Of a stretch of DNA of 58,743 bases, positions 35,242-45,010 are shown piece after piece. The stretch is from a virus. Taxonomy: Duplodnaviria > Caudoviricetes. A model generated the notes under the pieces. It saw only the letters and a list, made by a program, of their open reading frames with translations, was not told where the DNA came from and searched no databases. The stretch lies in the IMG/VR virus record IMGVR_UViG_3300032293_000861, positions 1 through 58,743 of that record; one strand, given 5' to 3'. The position numbers and the translations under genes are program-made. The stretch's first letter is position 1. Every line of letters begins with the position of its first letter.

Positions 35242-37401
35242 TTAGTGTAGGTTTTTGATGATATCGAAGCGTTCTTCAATTCCGATTGTCCAGACCTTAC
35301 CGCCACCACTTCCTGTGGAGCGGACTGGACGTAGCTTGGTGTTGGATTTATAAGCCTCCTCCATGGCAGCAATCCCGCGACGAACGAATTCAAGGTTCGC
35401 GGACTGCCCCACATGGCGACCGTTGTTGTATTCCTGCACCAAGACTTGGAACTGAGTAACTGTCCCAGTCCACTCGTTCATTGAAGTGTTAACCCCACGG
35501 CAGTGAACTGCAAAGAACTCAACCAGTTCCGCAATGGACGAACGGCTGGAGTTGTCATACGCGGCAGACGCAATGGACTCATCGATGTAGCTTTCAATCC
35601 CGAAACGGGAGTAGACTTCGATGTCCTGTGGGACAGCCCAGTCCAAGATGTATTTGGCGAAGTGGGGGAGTTCCTTGTCGATGATGTCCTCAAGGATGTT
35701 ATTCGATGGGAAGTTACTGGTAGCAGCATCGCTGATCCGCAAGGCGAGCAGCTTGTCCCGGTTGGAACTATCGAGCGCAGGGATAACTGACAGACTGTTA
35801 GCATCCATGTTCAACGACAAGATAACCCGCCCCGTCCAAGGGATCGACACGGCATCAACGTATTTGGCGTGATACTCGATGCGCGGGTTTGCTACGGCAC
35901 GCTTGATAAGCTCCGTTGCTCGTCGCTGATCTTGGAACGATGCAGCGGATACCGTGTCATCGATCACCCATGCAGCGACCCGTGCGAGATCCTTGTTAAA
36001 CTTCGTTTGCCCGGACAGGTATTCGGAAGCGTCTGCAAGCCCACCAACCATCGCGGAGATAACCTTGTTGGACAGGAGTGACTTCCCCTTGTTGGTAGGT
36101 CCAACCAACAACAGTGCCTGTCCTTGGGAAAACTTACGGTTGAGGACAGCTTGGTAGAATCGTTTGATCCAAGCAAACAGGTAGTCGGTCGCAGGTCTGG
36201 GACCGTTGGCTCCATACGCAGGGACGAACATCTGACCCAGCCACGCATTCATAAACGGCCAAAGCGCAGGGTCTCCGTCGTCAGCAGGTTCGACAGGCTC
36301 GATGGATGCCGAGTTGAGAATCCGGTGACCGTTGTGTTCGACAATGCGGTCTGCGGAGAACACGACCGGGGCGATCTCATCCACGCGATTGTGGTTGGAG
36401 ATTGCCAGCACTGCTTGCTCGATTTCCGTAAGGACTTGGTTCTTCTTCGGTTTGGAAGAAAAGTTAGCTGCCTTCAACTCAAGCAATAGTTGGTCCTTGG
36501 GGATAATCACGGAGCTACCGTTGAGGAGCTTGAAGAAGCTCTTCCCGTTGAACCAGTATTCATCAAGGACGATTCCGATCTTCTTACGCTCATACTGCTC
36601 GATGAACTTCTTGCCCAAGATTTCGCGCCATGAGACGAATCCTTTTCCGGCCCGATCACTGTAACAGATCATCCCGTCTTCAGCGACCTGACAACCATCA
36701 CGGTTGATTCCATCGTCAATCCAGAACAACGGACCACGCGCACCAACCTCGAAATCGCCATGCCATCGACCGGGGTATTGAGCCTCGATCTCTGCCGCGA
36801 CAACATCCATGGGGACTGTTGTATCAGTCGATGTTGGGGGGCGTGTCCCAGCAACTTTTACAAGAGCGGTGTAGATGAGGTCACCGGGGACTACGGACCC
36901 CATCTTTGTCCAGTCGGATCCGATCTCGTAATACTGAGTCGATTTGTAGCTGCATTCGTCAAACCCAGCCAACGCTTTCGGAGCCTTGAGGCTACGTGCA
37001 AGTTCCCGGATGAAGGCATCATACATGTTTGGGTCGATTGGAAGCGGCTCTTCAAACTCCCAGATCATGCGGATATATCCGCTGAACGTCTTGGTGATCC
37101 AAGTAGGAGCGACCGGGAGTGCTGCGTTGATGATGTCTTTGACGGAGACCCAGTCAACCGGGGCATCAAAGTCCGCGATAAACCCCCCCACCTTGTTCAC
37201 AGGATTCTTGGCAGAGACCCGCTTGCGCGGGGAGTCGCCTTCACAATAGCTGATGAAAGCGTGCTTGGTGTTCTGGTCCGCGCACCAGTCACGGAACTCA
37301 GCCTTGCTGTCGAACTGTGGGACGGCACAGCTTTTCGACTTTGTCTGGGGATCATCCAGCTTCTTTGCGTCGTCGCTTCTAAGGTTATCGATGTATCTCA
37401 T
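35242..37401 (-). CDS. primase-helicase (N-terminal prim-pol-like domain, C-terminal SF3/DUF5906-type helicase)
   Basis: ADFD motif; Walker A GPTNKGKS; Walker B WVIDD; adjacent to the DNA polymerase. Confidence 0.8.
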   Translation of the reverse strand: MRYIDNLRSDDAKKLDDPQTKSKSCAVPQFDSKAEFRDWCADQNTKHAFISYCEGDSPRKRVSAKNPVNKVGGFIADFDAPVDWVSVKDIINAALPVAPTWITKTFSGYIRMIWEFEEPLPIDPNMYDAFIRELARSLKAPKALAGFDECSYKSTQYYEIGSDWTKMGSVVPGDLIYTALVKVAGTRPPTSTDTTVPMDVVAAEIEAQYPGRWHGDFEVGARGPLFWIDDGINRDGCQVAEDGMICYSDRAGKGFVSWREILGKKFIEQYERKKIGIVLDEYWFNGKSFFKLLNGSSVIIPKDQLLLELKAANFSSKPKKNQVLTEIEQAVLAISNHNRVDEIAPVVFSADRIVEHNGHRILNSASIEPVEPADDGDPALWPFMNAWLGQMFVPAYGANGPRPATDYLFAWIKRFYQAVLNRKFSQGQALLLVGPTNKGKSLLSNKVISAMVGGLADASEYLSGQTKFNKDLARVAAWVIDDTVSAASFQDQRRATELIKRAVANPRIEYHAKYVDAVSIPWTGRVILSLNMDANSLSVIPALDSSNRDKLLALRISDAATSNFPSNNILEDIIDKELPHFAKYILDWAVPQDIEVYSRFGIESYIDESIASAAYDNSSRSSIAELVEFFAVHCRGVNTSMNEWTGTVTQFQVLVQEYNNGRHVGQSANLEFVRRGIAAMEEAYKSNTKLRPVRSTGSGGGKVWTIGIEERFDIIKNLH

Positions 37402-39173
37402 TTTTCGTATTGCTTCAAAATCTTACCTTCGGCACTAAGAGGCAAGTCGATCCACTCTGGTGCGGTGGACATGATCTTTACGACCTCCTTCAAGGTTTCT
37501 TCAGCACCCTCAGAAGGGGACTCGATGACGACTTCGTCATGGACATGGAACAGGATCTTATACCCCGCCTCATGGAGCGAGACAATGTGGTGGCAGAAGA
37601 TATCCCGCGCAAGGGCTTGTGATGCGTTTTCCGTGATGACCCCACCCCATACGCGGGTCTTGCGTTTATTCCCACCGATGATTTTGTCGATAACACACTG
37701 CCGTCCTCCGTTGTGGGACACGAAGGAGATACCGGAGTAGTTGAGGGATCGCCCGGATGGCAGGGTAAGATCCCACTTCCTGCCGGAACTGATCATCTGA
37801 AACGCAGAGTATAGGCAAGAATCATACTTCGCCCAGAGTTTGGGGACTTTTGGCAAGGCCCGTCGATACAGGTGGACTGCCTCAAAAGCCTCGACCATAT
37901 CCATATCGGAGATCTCCGAGAACTTCTTCGCCCCCGCACCATACCCGCAGCCAAGGACGATGGTCTTGACCTTGTGGCGCAGCTTGGGATCTTCCGCCCG
38001 GAGAGAACCACGATCCTTCGACCACATCCCGAATCGGATCGCGAAGACCTCATAGATATCGTCAGACTGTGCGATCTCCTTCAACAGGTCTTCATCTCCT
38101 GCCAACCACGCCAAGGTGCGAACTTCGATCTGGGACAAGTCAACCACAACCAAGCTCTTCCCGGCTGGAGCAGTAATCAAGGAGCGGAGGTTCACTCCGA
38201 ACATCTCAGCGCGGGGAAGGTTCTGGATGTTAAAGTTCCCACCACTTCCGGAGAAGCGTCCGGTGTGCGCTCCGAAGTAGGTCAGTCCGATGTAGCAGCG
38301 ACCGGAGGCATTGGTGGAGTGGTCAATGGACTCCAGCTTCTTCTGGAGTGCATTGATACGTCTCCAGTTTCGGACAGCTTCGACCCACAGGAACTTTTTA
38401 CCGTATCGGCGGATCCATTCCTCTGCGTCAGGGTCATCCATCGCAAGGCTTTTCGGAGGTTCGATACCCACTTCGCGACAGGCATTGTTGAATGCTTTCG
38501 GGCTAAGGATCGGGGATTCATCCGCCCACGGAACCTGCTGTTCGACTTTGAACAACTCAGCCTTCAAATAATCCTTCTGGGTCTTAAGTTCGTTAACGTC
38601 CATCGGGACACCGTTCCTGAGAACCATCCGGTTGATGCGACTGATCTTGCGCTCTACTTCCGGCCATTGTGCAGACACAGCATTCCACAGATCAAGACAG
38701 AGGACACTGTCCTTGATGGCGTAGTCGCTCACCTGCTTCTGGAACTCTGGGGTCATGCTGTCCCAGTTTTGCCCCTTCATGGTGTCCCGGACTTCCTTGG
38801 AAACCTCAACGCCAAGCACCTCTTTAGAAGCGTTCTTAAGTGCGCGGGGAAGTCCAAGGAACGAAGCCATATCAGCGGTGCAGTTCCATTCGACAGACTC
38901 CGGACCCTTCCACCACCCTTTCAACAGTCCTTCGTGGTAGAGCAACTCATCGAAGGCTGCGTTGTGGGAGATAGCCATGTTCCCGTCCAAGATGGACCAG
39001 TCCAGTTCTTTAGGAGATCCCACGTAGGAAAACTCTCCTTGATCATCATTCGCGTAGACCGTGACAAGGTAGGCATCGAAAGCGAAGTGGTTAAAGTATC
39101 CTTTCCACCCGAGTGTTTTAATACTGCACTCGTTGTCGTAGTAGGTTTCAAAATCGACTGCGTAAATTCTCAT
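37398..39173 (-). CDS. family A DNA polymerase with a 3'-5' exonuclease domain
   Basis: DFETY, HNAAFD and YAIKD exonuclease motifs; HTGRFSG; motif A DLSQIEVR; motif B KTIVLGCGYG; motif C HVHDE. Confidence 0.95.
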   Translation of the reverse strand: MRIYAVDFETYYDNECSIKTLGWKGYFNHFAFDAYLVTVYANDDQGEFSYVGSPKELDWSILDGNMAISHNAAFDELLYHEGLLKGWWKGPESVEWNCTADMASFLGLPRALKNASKEVLGVEVSKEVRDTMKGQNWDSMTPEFQKQVSDYAIKDSVLCLDLWNAVSAQWPEVERKISRINRMVLRNGVPMDVNELKTQKDYLKAELFKVEQQVPWADESPILSPKAFNNACREVGIEPPKSLAMDDPDAEEWIRRYGKKFLWVEAVRNWRRINALQKKLESIDHSTNASGRCYIGLTYFGAHTGRFSGSGGNFNIQNLPRAEMFGVNLRSLITAPAGKSLVVVDLSQIEVRTLAWLAGDEDLLKEIAQSDDIYEVFAIRFGMWSKDRGSLRAEDPKLRHKVKTIVLGCGYGAGAKKFSEISDMDMVEAFEAVHLYRRALPKVPKLWAKYDSCLYSAFQMISSGRKWDLTLPSGRSLNYSGISFVSHNGGRQCVIDKIIGGNKRKTRVWGGVITENASQALARDIFCHHIVSLHEAGYKILFHVHDEVVIESPSEGAEETLKEVVKIMSTAPEWIDLPLSAEGKILKQYEK

Positions 39174-39195
39174 TTTTGTTTTTTAATTTGAGTTT

Positions 39196-39232
39196 AAAAA
39201 ACCCCCCTCTGGTATTTCACAGAGGGGGGTTT
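39196..39232 (-). terminator. Rho-independent terminator
   Basis: ACCCCCCTCTG-loop-CAGAGGGGGGT with a T-tract on the minus strand. Confidence 0.75.
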
Positions 39233-39272
39233 CGGTGACTTCGTTAGTCTTCAATGCCTTTCGGCTACAGGA

Positions 39273-39452
39273 TTAGTTGTCGCGGAAACTCAATTCCGGA
39301 TTGGCTTCCAGAACAATCTCGATTGCTTTCTGGACCAATCTAATCCTGTCCAGTTCCCGGTCGATTTCATCTTGTTTTTCTTCCAGCTTCCGCCCGAGGT
39401 AATCCAGTTCCACAGTGTAGCTGCGGAGGGTGGTCAGTTCGTCACCGCTCAT
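39273..39452 (-). CDS. small coiled-coil protein (59 aa)
   Basis: MSGDELTTLRSY...; ATGA overlap with the SSB stop. Confidence 0.6.
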   Translation of the reverse strand: MSGDELTTLRSYTVELDYLGRKLEEKQDEIDRELDRIRLVQKAIEIVLEANPELSFRDN

Positions 39453-40069
39453 GCAGAAAACTTGTTGAGGAACTCAAGGATCTGCGGGTTGGTTTCTCTG
39501 GAGGTAACCTTCAGAGAAGGGACGAACCAACTGTGGGGTCCACGCTGGAGGAGGGAGGATTTAAACTCCCATTCAACCTCCGAGATACTGCGGGGGCTAT
39601 TGGCAGCAGCCCACGTAGCGAGTGCCTTGTAGGTCATGCGGTAGGCATCCTTGTGGACATGGATCTTGCCGAGGGCGCAGAACTTACCACCCAACGGGAG
39701 CGGGTAAGTCGCGGGATCGGGATCTTCGTCAGGCGACTGGAACAGAAGCGTGATCTCTGCGAACTCGATGACCTTGTGGTCCGACTCTTCGCGGAGGACC
39801 GCTGCTTCAGCTTCGTTGTAAGCCATCCGGCACATGGCATCGGAGCCATACGGGATGTCTTCTTTCCAACCCTTGACAGGGTTGATCACCGTGACGGGGA
39901 TCGCCGACTCTTTCTCAGCGAGAACGTGGATCTTGTCCAGAACGATGGACCCAACTGGAGCATCGATATTCGATGTCTTCTGGATCAGGTTGATGCGGGG
40001 GATATCAATGTCATCTGCGGAGATGAGAAATCCCTTGTTTGCTGGTTGCGTCTTTACGATTTCACTCAT
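39449..40069 (-). CDS. putative single-stranded DNA-binding protein
   Basis: DIDIPRINLIQKTS N-terminus, SWFVP motif; lies between the nuclease and the polymerase. Confidence 0.6.
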   Translation of the reverse strand: MSEIVKTQPANKGFLISADDIDIPRINLIQKTSNIDAPVGSIVLDKIHVLAEKESAIPVTVINPVKGWKEDIPYGSDAMCRMAYNEAEAAVLREESDHKVIEFAEITLLFQSPDEDPDPATYPLPLGGKFCALGKIHVHKDAYRMTYKALATWAAANSPRSISEVEWEFKSSLLQRGPHSWFVPSLKVTSRETNPQILEFLNKFSA

Positions 40070-40114
40070 GTTGTTTTACTGCTTTTTGTTTTATTGGTTT
40101 GTTAGTTTAGCGTC

Positions 40115-40981
40115 TCAGGAGAGCGTGAACCGCTCCTCAGAGGTCTCAAGGATCCCATGTGAATCGAGATCGTCAAGAAATTCTTTTTGTTTCGCACTCT
40201 TTTCGCCCTTCGGAGCTTTATCAGAAATAGCCTTGGTAAGCTTACCCAACGGGAAGGTTGCTGCGGAAAGGACTTCAATGTCCGTAAGTCCATAACTCAT
40301 AGCTACTTCTACAAGCTTCTCGTTGTCCTCGCAACGCTTCGTACACCCCATGGAACGCAGCCGCAAGGTAGGGAACTCAAGCCCGTCCTTCGCCATAGCC
40401 ACCACCTTGGAGCGGAAGGTGTCTGCCCAATTGGACACAACCTTAGCGATTCCGTAGACGTTCTCAAGCGTCTCAGGGTCTGCTCCTTCTGGGTCGAGCG
40501 AATCAGGCAAGTTCACGCCCAACTTATCTGCGACCCCAAGGACGAGACTTCCCAACGCGGGGCAGTTCGACTCGTAAGCGCAGAAGCGGCAGTTCTGAGA
40601 CGGATTCAATTCATCCAACGACGGTGTGCCGCAGGTCCACTTGGAGCGGACATAGGCAGCACGGGCGATTACCACGCTGACCTTTTCCCGCAGGGTCTCA
40701 AGTTCACTGCGGTGGAAGGTATGGTTGGGGGTGTCGTTGTAGAAGGGGATGTAGAAAACGAACGTGACGCTTTCAATGTCACTGAACTTATCAAATACCC
40801 CGATGGTGTAAGCCATCGCTTGCCAGTTCTCAGAGGGGTGATCAATCTGTGATACCCCCGTTTTATAATCAGCGAGGAGTGCCTTCTTATCTTTGATCGT
40901 AAGACGGTCGCAGGTTCCGTAGGTCTTAAGACCGTAGTTGAGGGGGATCTCCAATTGGATCTCGTTGTATTCTGTTATCAT
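40115..40981 (-). CDS. Cas4-like/DUF2800 PD-(D/E)xK exonuclease, C-terminal part
   Basis: E...YGTCD, ADYKTG, QAMAY and CRFC...CPAL motifs. Confidence 0.85.
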   Translation of the reverse strand: MITEYNEIQLEIPLNYGLKTYGTCDRLTIKDKKALLADYKTGVSQIDHPSENWQAMAYTIGVFDKFSDIESVTFVFYIPFYNDTPNHTFHRSELETLREKVSVVIARAAYVRSKWTCGTPSLDELNPSQNCRFCAYESNCPALGSLVLGVADKLGVNLPDSLDPEGADPETLENVYGIAKVVSNWADTFRSKVVAMAKDGLEFPTLRLRSMGCTKRCEDNEKLVEVAMSYGLTDIEVLSAATFPLGKLTKAISDKAPKGEKSAKQKEFLDDLDSHGILETSEERFTLS

Positions 40982-41196
40982 TGATTTTCTCGTTTAAGAT
41001 GCTTCACAAATTCTCTGACATTCTTGGGGTTAGCGGTAGCCCAAAGGCATCCCCGCTCTTGGTGACACCAATCCTCATACAGCATGGTCAAGGTTTCGTC
41101 CGGGAACTTGGAAAGAAGCTCATGCTCCTTGAGGAGCCTCATATCTTTCATCTGCGACTTGTCGAGCCATTCTCCGACAGTGTGTGATTCAGTCAT
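40978..41196 (-). CDS. hypothetical protein inserted between the nuclease halves
   Basis: 72-aa ORF overlapping both neighbours. Confidence 0.65.
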   Translation of the reverse strand: MTESHTVGEWLDKSQMKDMRLLKEHELLSKFPDETLTMLYEDWCHQERGCLWATANPKNVREFVKHLKRENQ

Positions 41197-41446
41197 TGTC
41201 TTTTGTATTTAGTTGCCAAAGTGTTCCTTTACGGCAGTTGTTGGATGATTCCTTGAGGAGTCGCCGGGGATCCCGTGTGACTACCAAATGTTGTTTTATC
41301 TCGTTGAGAACTTTTGAGATGTTGGTTGCCTTCGGCCACGCGAGAGCTTCAGTCAAGTCCCGGATGTGCCATTGCTTCCCATCGCTTAACAACAGTAGGA
41401 TTCGGTCACGTAAGTCTGCCCGTTGTCCGTATCGAAGGGATTTCAT
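41189..41446 (-). CDS. winged-helix-like small protein inserted between the nuclease halves
   Basis: RILLLLSDGKQWHIRDLTEALAW...NISKVL pattern. Confidence 0.6.
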   Translation of the reverse strand: MKSLRYGQRADLRDRILLLLSDGKQWHIRDLTEALAWPKATNISKVLNEIKQHLVVTRDPRRLLKESSNNCRKGTLWQLNTKDND

Positions 41447-41688
41447 CCTGAGATAAAGGTCTCAAGGAATGCGGTTTCCATATCAACGATCTTGTCGTAG
41501 ATCGAGACTTCTTCCTCATCGTGCAGCGCAGATGGGTCGCGGGTTTCGAGAGCTTCGTGGATGCGTGTTCCCTTTTCTGCGGCGGCACTGCTGCCACTCA
41601 GTCCTTTGTAGCCGGGGCATCCAGCGACATACTTCAGTGAGCTTGGGGAGAACTCAGCGTGTCCCCGGTTTGCGTGGTCTGGTTTCAT
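41443..41688 (-). CDS. Cas4-like/DUF2800 nuclease, N-terminal part
   Basis: HAEFSPSSLKYVAGCPG...AAEKGTRIHEALE, the canonical N-terminal motifs of this family. Confidence 0.8.
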   Translation of the reverse strand: MKPDHANRGHAEFSPSSLKYVAGCPGYKGLSGSSAAAEKGTRIHEALETRDPSALHDEEEVSIYDKIVDMETAFLETFISG

Positions 41689-41894
41689 TTTTCGTTTAGT
41701 AGTTTCATCACAAAAGCTTTCACATCTTCTTTACTCATGTCTCCGCTAAGGGACTTAATGAGTTCTTTGAGAAGGTGCTGGGTGAAGTTCATGTCCCCGA
41801 TGGTGGAGTCAATGTCAACGATGAGGTTGACAATTTTCTTCTCGCTCATCGTAGCGAGGATCGCGTCAGCGTCAATTTCTGGGTCTCTTGTCAT
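41685..41894 (-). CDS. hypothetical protein
   Basis: 69-aa ORF whose stop overlaps the next ATG. Confidence 0.6.
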   Translation of the reverse strand: MTRDPEIDADAILATMSEKKIVNLIVDIDSTIGDMNFTQHLLKELIKSLSGDMSKEDVKAFVMKLLNEK

Positions 41895-41916
41895 ACTTTA
41901 AAATATGAGTTTCCTC

Positions 41917-42228
41917 TTAGAGAGGGTTTTCTTGTTTAGGAAAAAGCCTCTCTGAAGAAAGGGTCATTTTAAAGGCGATACTCGCGATCATTTTGCCGGG
42001 GGCAACGTCCATGAACGCAACAGGTTCGGTGTCACGTTGCGCGTTGTATCGCTCCCGCGCCTTGTCCATCGCGTCTTGTCTCTCCGCTTCTTGTTGATCG
42101 GACTGAGCGGCTACCCCTGCGTTGAAGGCGCGTGTGAAAAGCTCATGCATCGTCATGTAGGGTTTTCTTTCAAACTCAGCCATTCTCTCTGCGTTGCTAT
42201 CTTCTCTTCGGTTATCGATGATGTTCAT
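41917..42228 (-). CDS. hypothetical protein
   Basis: 103-aa ORF with an A-rich leader. Confidence 0.65.
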   Translation of the reverse strand: MNIIDNRREDSNAERMAEFERKPYMTMHELFTRAFNAGVAAQSDQQEAERQDAMDKARERYNAQRDTEPVAFMDVAPGKMIASIAFKMTLSSERLFPKQENPL

Positions 42229-42258
42229 TTGTTATTTATACTTGTTTGGTTTGTTCTG

Positions 42259-42615
42259 TCATTTAGTCTTCTGGTTTGGAAAGAGGGCGCGGAGGAGTAG
42301 CGGTTCAAGGCGACTCGCGATCCTCTCGTCTTCGGTATCCGCTATGTGGTCGGGGGCGCACTGCTGCGCCCAACGTAGGTCTTGGACGAGGAGGTGTGCT
42401 GCCTCATGGACAGCCGTAGAGACCAAGACCTTATCGCGCTCCATCATCTGTGCGTTAAACTTAACGTGGGCAGTGCAGTCTACCGAGTTCCGGTGGATGC
42501 TTGCGTAAGCGACCATCGAATTATCCAACTCAAATGAGGTTCTGAAATGGATTAGCCCGAGAGCCTCTTGAGATTTTTTGAAAGCGTCGATAAATATCTG
42601 GTCAGCGGTTTTCAT
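42259..42615 (-). CDS. small zincin-like (HExxH) protein
   Basis: STAVHEAAHLLV ... EDE; start at ATG 42615. Confidence 0.65.
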   Translation of the reverse strand: MKTADQIFIDAFKKSQEALGLIHFRTSFELDNSMVAYASIHRNSVDCTAHVKFNAQMMERDKVLVSTAVHEAAHLLVQDLRWAQQCAPDHIADTEDERIASRLEPLLLRALFPNQKTK

Positions 42616-42617
42616 GA

Positions 42618-42905
42618 TTAGTCGTTGGTGCGTTGTTCCACTTTTTCCTGCCACTCACGCAGGAACGATTCCTCGCCGTCGTCGCCGCTGAGTAGGTAGT
42701 CAATTCGCTTAACCATCTCCGCGACCTTCCGCAAGGTGTATACCGTTTCTTCAAACTTGTCGGTGATCTCCTGCGGGAATCCGTTCCCAATCCTCTCTCC
42801 GAATCGGTCTAGAGTCTTGTCGTCGTTCAACGCGATCAATTCCTCAATTTCAAATGCGATATCCGTTAAGCGGTGCTGATGATAGCCGATATATCCTCCA
42901 CTCAT
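42618..42905 (-). CDS. conserved phage hypothetical protein
   Basis: MSGG..Y N-terminus and RIDYLLSGDDGEESF motif. Confidence 0.7.
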   Translation of the reverse strand: MSGGYIGYHQHRLTDIAFEIEELIALNDDKTLDRFGERIGNGFPQEITDKFEETVYTLRKVAEMVKRIDYLLSGDDGEESFLREWQEKVEQRTND

Positions 42906-42944
42906 AATTCGTCATGCTCTGCGAGTAATCTGAAATTACTCGTT

Positions 42945-43349
42945 TTATTCGCCGATTATGGCGATTACCCTTTCCATCTCTGCGTTGTGAGCATCAATGA
43001 TGGCTTTTAAATGCGGAAAATCTAACAAGGTTTCGACGGTCCAAGGATCCCACTCGACCGGAAGGACTTCGCGGATGTGGACCTGCCTCAACGTGTAATC
43101 GCTGCAATGGGTCTTAGCGTCCTCCTCAGTAAGATAAATAAAACCCATGTATTCTTCATCAGGAGCATAAAGGTTGATCCAGCCCTCAATCCTCTTAGGC
43201 TTTGGGCGGTGTTTCTCAACGATTTGTCGAGCCTCCTCAATCACATTCCATTCAGAGATGGTGAGATCCCCGAAAGTGATAGCATCGATGGTGCTTAGGA
43301 TTCCCAACAGTTTTTCTGCGGCTTCTAGTAGTTCGTTTTGTTCTTTCAT
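42945..43349 (-). CDS. hypothetical protein
   Basis: 134-aa ORF in the operon. Confidence 0.65.
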   Translation of the reverse strand: MKEQNELLEAAEKLLGILSTIDAITFGDLTISEWNVIEEARQIVEKHRPKPKRIEGWINLYAPDEEYMGFIYLTEEDAKTHCSDYTLRQVHIREVLPVEWDPWTVETLLDFPHLKAIIDAHNAEMERVIAIIGE

Positions 43350-43423
43350 GGTTTAAAAATAATGTTGATCATAGCGACTCCATTGAGGATCGCGAAGAGG
43401 ACAAGGAGTGCCAAGTCGGTCAT
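43346..43423 (-). CDS. small membrane peptide (25 aa, MTDLALLVLFAILNGVAMINIIFKP)
   Basis: ATGA overlaps at both ends, exactly filling the gap. Confidence 0.55.
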   Translation of the reverse strand: MTDLALLVLFAILNGVAMINIIFKP

Positions 43424-43653
43424 GGTTTCTCTTGTGCGTTTCGTTCGGTGGGGGTGGGTTTATCAAAGGGGATACCACGGGATGCTCTGTATCGGTTGCG
43501 GTTGTATTGACGAGATTTCTCAGCGCAGCTAGCACAACGGTTCTTGGTTCCGCCTTCGCCACCGAAAGGGTAGCGTCCGCACTGTAGGCACATGCCTTGG
43601 TCAATCTTTTGTTTCTGCCAGTTATTCATGGTTCTAGTATCTTTGTTATGCAA
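43420..43653 (-). CDS. zinc-finger small protein
   Basis: CLQC ... CASC. Confidence 0.65.
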   Translation of the reverse strand: MHNKDTRTMNNWQKQKIDQGMCLQCGRYPFGGEGGTKNRCASCAEKSRQYNRNRYRASRGIPFDKPTPTERNAQEKP

Positions 43654-44965
43654 CCCCGTGCAGGGTTGTTAAATTTTCGATCTTCCGCTGGAGTGCCTTG
43701 ATGACCACCTCCTCGATGGAGTCTGAGGCGAACAAGACCTTCTGGATCGCATCGGACTTCGCGCCATTGCGGTGGATTCGCCCAAGGCACTGCACATGGT
43801 TTTTCGCGGAGTAGCTGGGCGAGATCAACGACACCCGTGGGTATTCACCCCGCAGATCGTGGAGCGAGATACCAGTTCCTCCTGCGGCGATATTGACCAC
43901 TACGACTCTATCCTCGTCCCTCTGGAATCGGTCGATGATGTTCTGCCTGTCGTCGGCTGTCTGGTTGCCCACGATCTTCCCGCACCCCAAGAGTTGGGCA
44001 AGGGCATCTGCCGTGTCGGAGAAATTGACAAAGATCACCACGGACTTTCCTTCCAGCAAAAGATCCTCCGCCATCTCTGCGATGTCATGGACCTTGAGCG
44101 ACTCCGCTAACTGCCGTGCGCGTAGGATGTTTACGAGCATGATGTTGTCCTTGTCCTCAACGGTCCCGTTCTCGATGTAGTCCTCCATGATTTGGGGCGT
44201 AAGCCCAAGGTCACTGAATGCCTTGCGGATCTTGGACAGGTTGGAGAACTGGATCGGCTCGTAGTGGACCATGTTTCCACGGAACGAATCGGGGAAGTCC
44301 GAAATGCTGAGTTTATGTGCGGAGTGTCCGTCTGCCTCGTAAAGCTCCGTGCGGATGTTGGAGAGGTATCTTTTGGCGACGAAGTCCCACTGACCCCATG
44401 CGTTCCTCACACAACCATTGCGTAACATCCATGAGAAAAAGTTAGGTAATCCGTTCTCCGATTTGTTGAGGTTGTGCAGTTGCATCGCGTAACCCAACCC
44501 ACGCATCTCTGCTGGATTCTCCGCTGCCGTAGCAGACATGGAGTGGGTCACATACCCTTGCTGGAGCAGCGAGATAAACAACTGCGCGTTCTGCGTGTAT
44601 GGACCCTTGCACTTATGGACTTCGTCAAGCAGGACAAGGGTGTTCTTGGGCAGCTTCCAAGTCATTAGCTTCGCCCCTTGCTTGGACATCCAAGGGGTTT
44701 TCCCACCCCGGATTTTCTCGTAGTTGGTCACGAAAAGCGGTGTCACGTTGCACTCAGCCAACTCACGCTCCCATGAAGGGATCACTGCCTTTGGGCAAAG
44801 GACGGCAACGTGGTTACCTTCCTGCACCCACTCCATGGCGAGTCTCGCGGCTACCACGGTCTTACCCGTTCCGGTCGAGGAGGTGTCGAGGGTCGATTTT
44901 CTGGACAGGTGTTTCGTCCGGAAGAAGTCTTTTGCCTCCACTTGTTTGTCGAATAATTGCTTCAC
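43646..44965 (-). CDS. superfamily 2 (SNF2-like) helicase
   Basis: TGTGKT, DEVH, SAT, AGGTGISL and QCLGRIHR motifs. Confidence 0.92.
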   Translation of the reverse strand: MKQLFDKQVEAKDFFRTKHLSRKSTLDTSSTGTGKTVVAARLAMEWVQEGNHVAVLCPKAVIPSWERELAECNVTPLFVTNYEKIRGGKTPWMSKQGAKLMTWKLPKNTLVLLDEVHKCKGPYTQNAQLFISLLQQGYVTHSMSATAAENPAEMRGLGYAMQLHNLNKSENGLPNFFSWMLRNGCVRNAWGQWDFVAKRYLSNIRTELYEADGHSAHKLSISDFPDSFRGNMVHYEPIQFSNLSKIRKAFSDLGLTPQIMEDYIENGTVEDKDNIMLVNILRARQLAESLKVHDIAEMAEDLLLEGKSVVIFVNFSDTADALAQLLGCGKIVGNQTADDRQNIIDRFQRDEDRVVVVNIAAGGTGISLHDLRGEYPRVSLISPSYSAKNHVQCLGRIHRNGAKSDAIQKVLFASDSIEEVVIKALQRKIENLTTLHGVA

Positions 44966-45010
44966 AGGGGGACCGTAAAGCCGGAAACAAAACCATCAAG
45001 GGATTTTTGT

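Noticed and set aside
40115-40981. Cas4-like gene as evidence of a CRISPR-Cas system
   Set aside because: It is a stand-alone replication-module nuclease; there is no cas1, cas2 or array.
40982-41442. Group I/II intron or intein separating the nuclease halves
   Set aside because: The interval is fully occupied by two coupled ORFs, with no room for a ribozyme core and no intein terminal motifs.
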